In this document: positions 14,466 through 15,895 of the stretch, one piece after another
How the letters are laid out: the number at the start of each line of letters is the position of its first letter
Position numbering within the stretch: position 1 is the first letter of the stretch
Source: a bacterium
GTDB taxonomy: Bacteria; RBG-13-61-14; DATKZS01
Length of the DNA: 15,895 bases
Reading direction: 5' to 3'
Assembly: GCA_046484135.1 (NCBI GenBank)
Contig: JAWOBU010000041.1
Span: 1 to 15,895 of the forward strand
Translations under genes and position numbers: made by a program
Notes under the pieces: generated by a model
The model's input: only the letters and a program-made list of their open reading frames with translations
Told to the model about the DNA's origin: nothing
Databases searched by the model: none

Positions 14466-15895
14466 GACTCTTTCTCACCTTATTGTACACGAACATGGAG
14501 TAGCCGGGCATGGCCACCGGCTTCAGCTTCCGGTATCTCTTTATCTCCTCCCACATGGGGTCGGTCTTTCCGACGTCTTCGGGTGCGTAGAGCAATGGAT
14601 ACTTCTTGCCGGTAATGAAGTTTGCGCTTATGGCGATAAAGCTGTTTTTCGAGTTCCTGGCGGGAAGGCTGTAGTTGATGTCGAACCGGCGCGGGTCGTC
14701 GTGGCCGTAGTACGCGAGGTCCAGCGTGTCCACGCCTTGTCTTTTCATCCATCTTTTCAGTTCGGGCAGGTCCTGTCCCCAGTCCAGGTTGGAATCGCGA
14801 AGCACCCGGTATCCGTTGGAGGGACCTCCGGCCAAGGCGTTGAAGTAGGCCAGGTAGTGGGGCCAGATCATTATGTGCTCGACCAGCAAAAGGGCCAGGG
14901 CAAAAACCAGCGCCGCCCGGAGGAACCGCCGCCCGCCGCGCTTGGCGGACAGCCGGTCCTCAGCCTTGCTTGCCTTGCCGGTAACGTCTTTAACGTCAGC
15001 GGCAAAAGCGAAGCTCCCGAGCTTGCCCAAAAGCAGAAAACAGGCGGGGTAGACGGGAAGCAGGTACCGGACGCCGATCTGGAGGGACCCGAAAGAACAA
15101 GCGGCCACAAAAAACACGGCCACAAGGAATAAAAGGACCAGCTCCTCCTGCCGCCGCTGTCTGCCCGCGGCCAACAGCGCGAGTGTGCCCGCAAAAAGTG
15201 CCAGGTAGATGACCGGCTCCTTGACGGCAACCGCCACCGGAAAGTAATACCATTTTCCCCCCGAGTAGCTCTGGCCCAAAAGATAGTTGTCTTTTCTGAA
15301 CTCGCCTTTCTCAGCATCATAGAGCTGCCGGTCCAGGCCGCGGACGTAATCGGAGGGAAGGGGGACCATTTTCATAACCGGCCACACCGAGCGCAAAGAA
15401 CTGCTGGCCGGCTTGGGATCGCGGTTATGGACCTTGACCTTGCCGGCGCCGTAGCCGGCCACCAACAAAAGCCAGATAAGCGCCACCGCCAGAACGAGGT
15501 GTCCGGCGAAGACGCGGAGCTTCGGTTTTTCGATCTTGTTTCTGCGCGCAAGTGCCGCCGCTAGTAGAGGAGCGGCAAAGGCAAAGGGGGCCCAGAACAG
15601 ACCGGTAAACTTGGTAAGCGCACCCGCTCCCAATGCCGCGGCAACCAGGGCCATGCTCACGAAGGAAGGCTTTCTCCAGTAGTCGAGCACGGCAAGCATG
15701 AACAAAAACGCGAACAGGGCGGCGGGCACGTCGGTGGTTATCAGGCGGGAGTGAGCGATGACGGCCGGAGAAAGTGCGCAGGCGGCAAGGCTCATGATGC
15801 CGCCGATCTTTCCGTACCTCTTGCGGGATGCCCTCCACACGATTGCGCACAAAAGGGCCCCGAACAGTATGATCACGGCCCGGGCAGTGCCGAGC
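14446..15895 (-). CDS. GT-C fold (ArnT/PMT-like) membrane glycosyltransferase, 5'-partial
   Basis: SPAVIAHSRLITTD, ALTKFTG, WYYFPVAVAVKEP, QIGVRYLLP, YLAYFNALAGG, DSNLDWGQDL; frame is open to the window edge. Confidence 0.88.
   Translation of the reverse strand, partial: LGTARAVIILFGALLCAIVWRASRKRYGKIGGIMSLAACALSPAVIAHSRLITTDVPAALFAFLFMLAVLDYWRKPSFVSMALVAAALGAGALTKFTGLFWAPFAFAAPLLAAALARRNKIEKPKLRVFAGHLVLAVALIWLLLVAGYGAGKVKVHNRDPKPASSSLRSVWPVMKMVPLPSDYVRGLDRQLYDAEKGEFRKDNYLLGQSYSGGKWYYFPVAVAVKEPVIYLALFAGTLALLAAGRQRRQEELVLLFLVAVFFVAACSFGSLQIGVRYLLPVYPACFLLLGKLGSFAFAADVKDVTGKASKAEDRLSAKRGGRRFLRAALVFALALLLVEHIMIWPHYLAYFNALAGGPSNGYRVLRDSNLDWGQDLPELKRWMKRQGVDTLDLAYYGHDDPRRFDINYSLPARNSKNSFIAISANFITGKKYPLLYAPEDVGKTDPMWEEIKRYRKLKPVAMPGYSMFVYNKVRKSHGNSSP

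Overview
GC-rich bacterial chromosomal window. The gene content (TIGR02266-type PilZ, extra Hsp70 paralogue, DUF362, GT-C/TPR proteins) suggests a deltaproteobacterial lineage such as Myxococcota or Desulfobacterota; this is inference. Left to right: a 120-bp TRAP small-permease (DctQ-like) fragment abruptly joined to a 5'-truncated Memo/AmrB gene; a REP doublet; a DUF362 Fe-S protein; a minus-strand cluster of PAP2 phosphatase, lidless Hsp70 and tandem-PilZ protein (transcribed PilZ first); a 490-bp divergent intergenic region holding an unexplained ~130-nt nested hairpin; two plus-strand orphan ORFs; a minus-strand operon transcribed amidase-rph-rdgB-ADP-ribosylglycohydrolase-B12 radical SAM; and two tandem GT-C (ArnT/PMT-like) glycosyltransferases. 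The best candidates for something new are (1) the split PilZ-PilZ/lidless-DnaK module, whose two ORFs are in frame and separated by a single TGA, (2) the structured element at 6009-6140, and (3) an ADP-ribosylhydrolase with a basic tail embedded in the rph-rdgB operon. No rRNA, tRNA, CRISPR array or transposase was seen.
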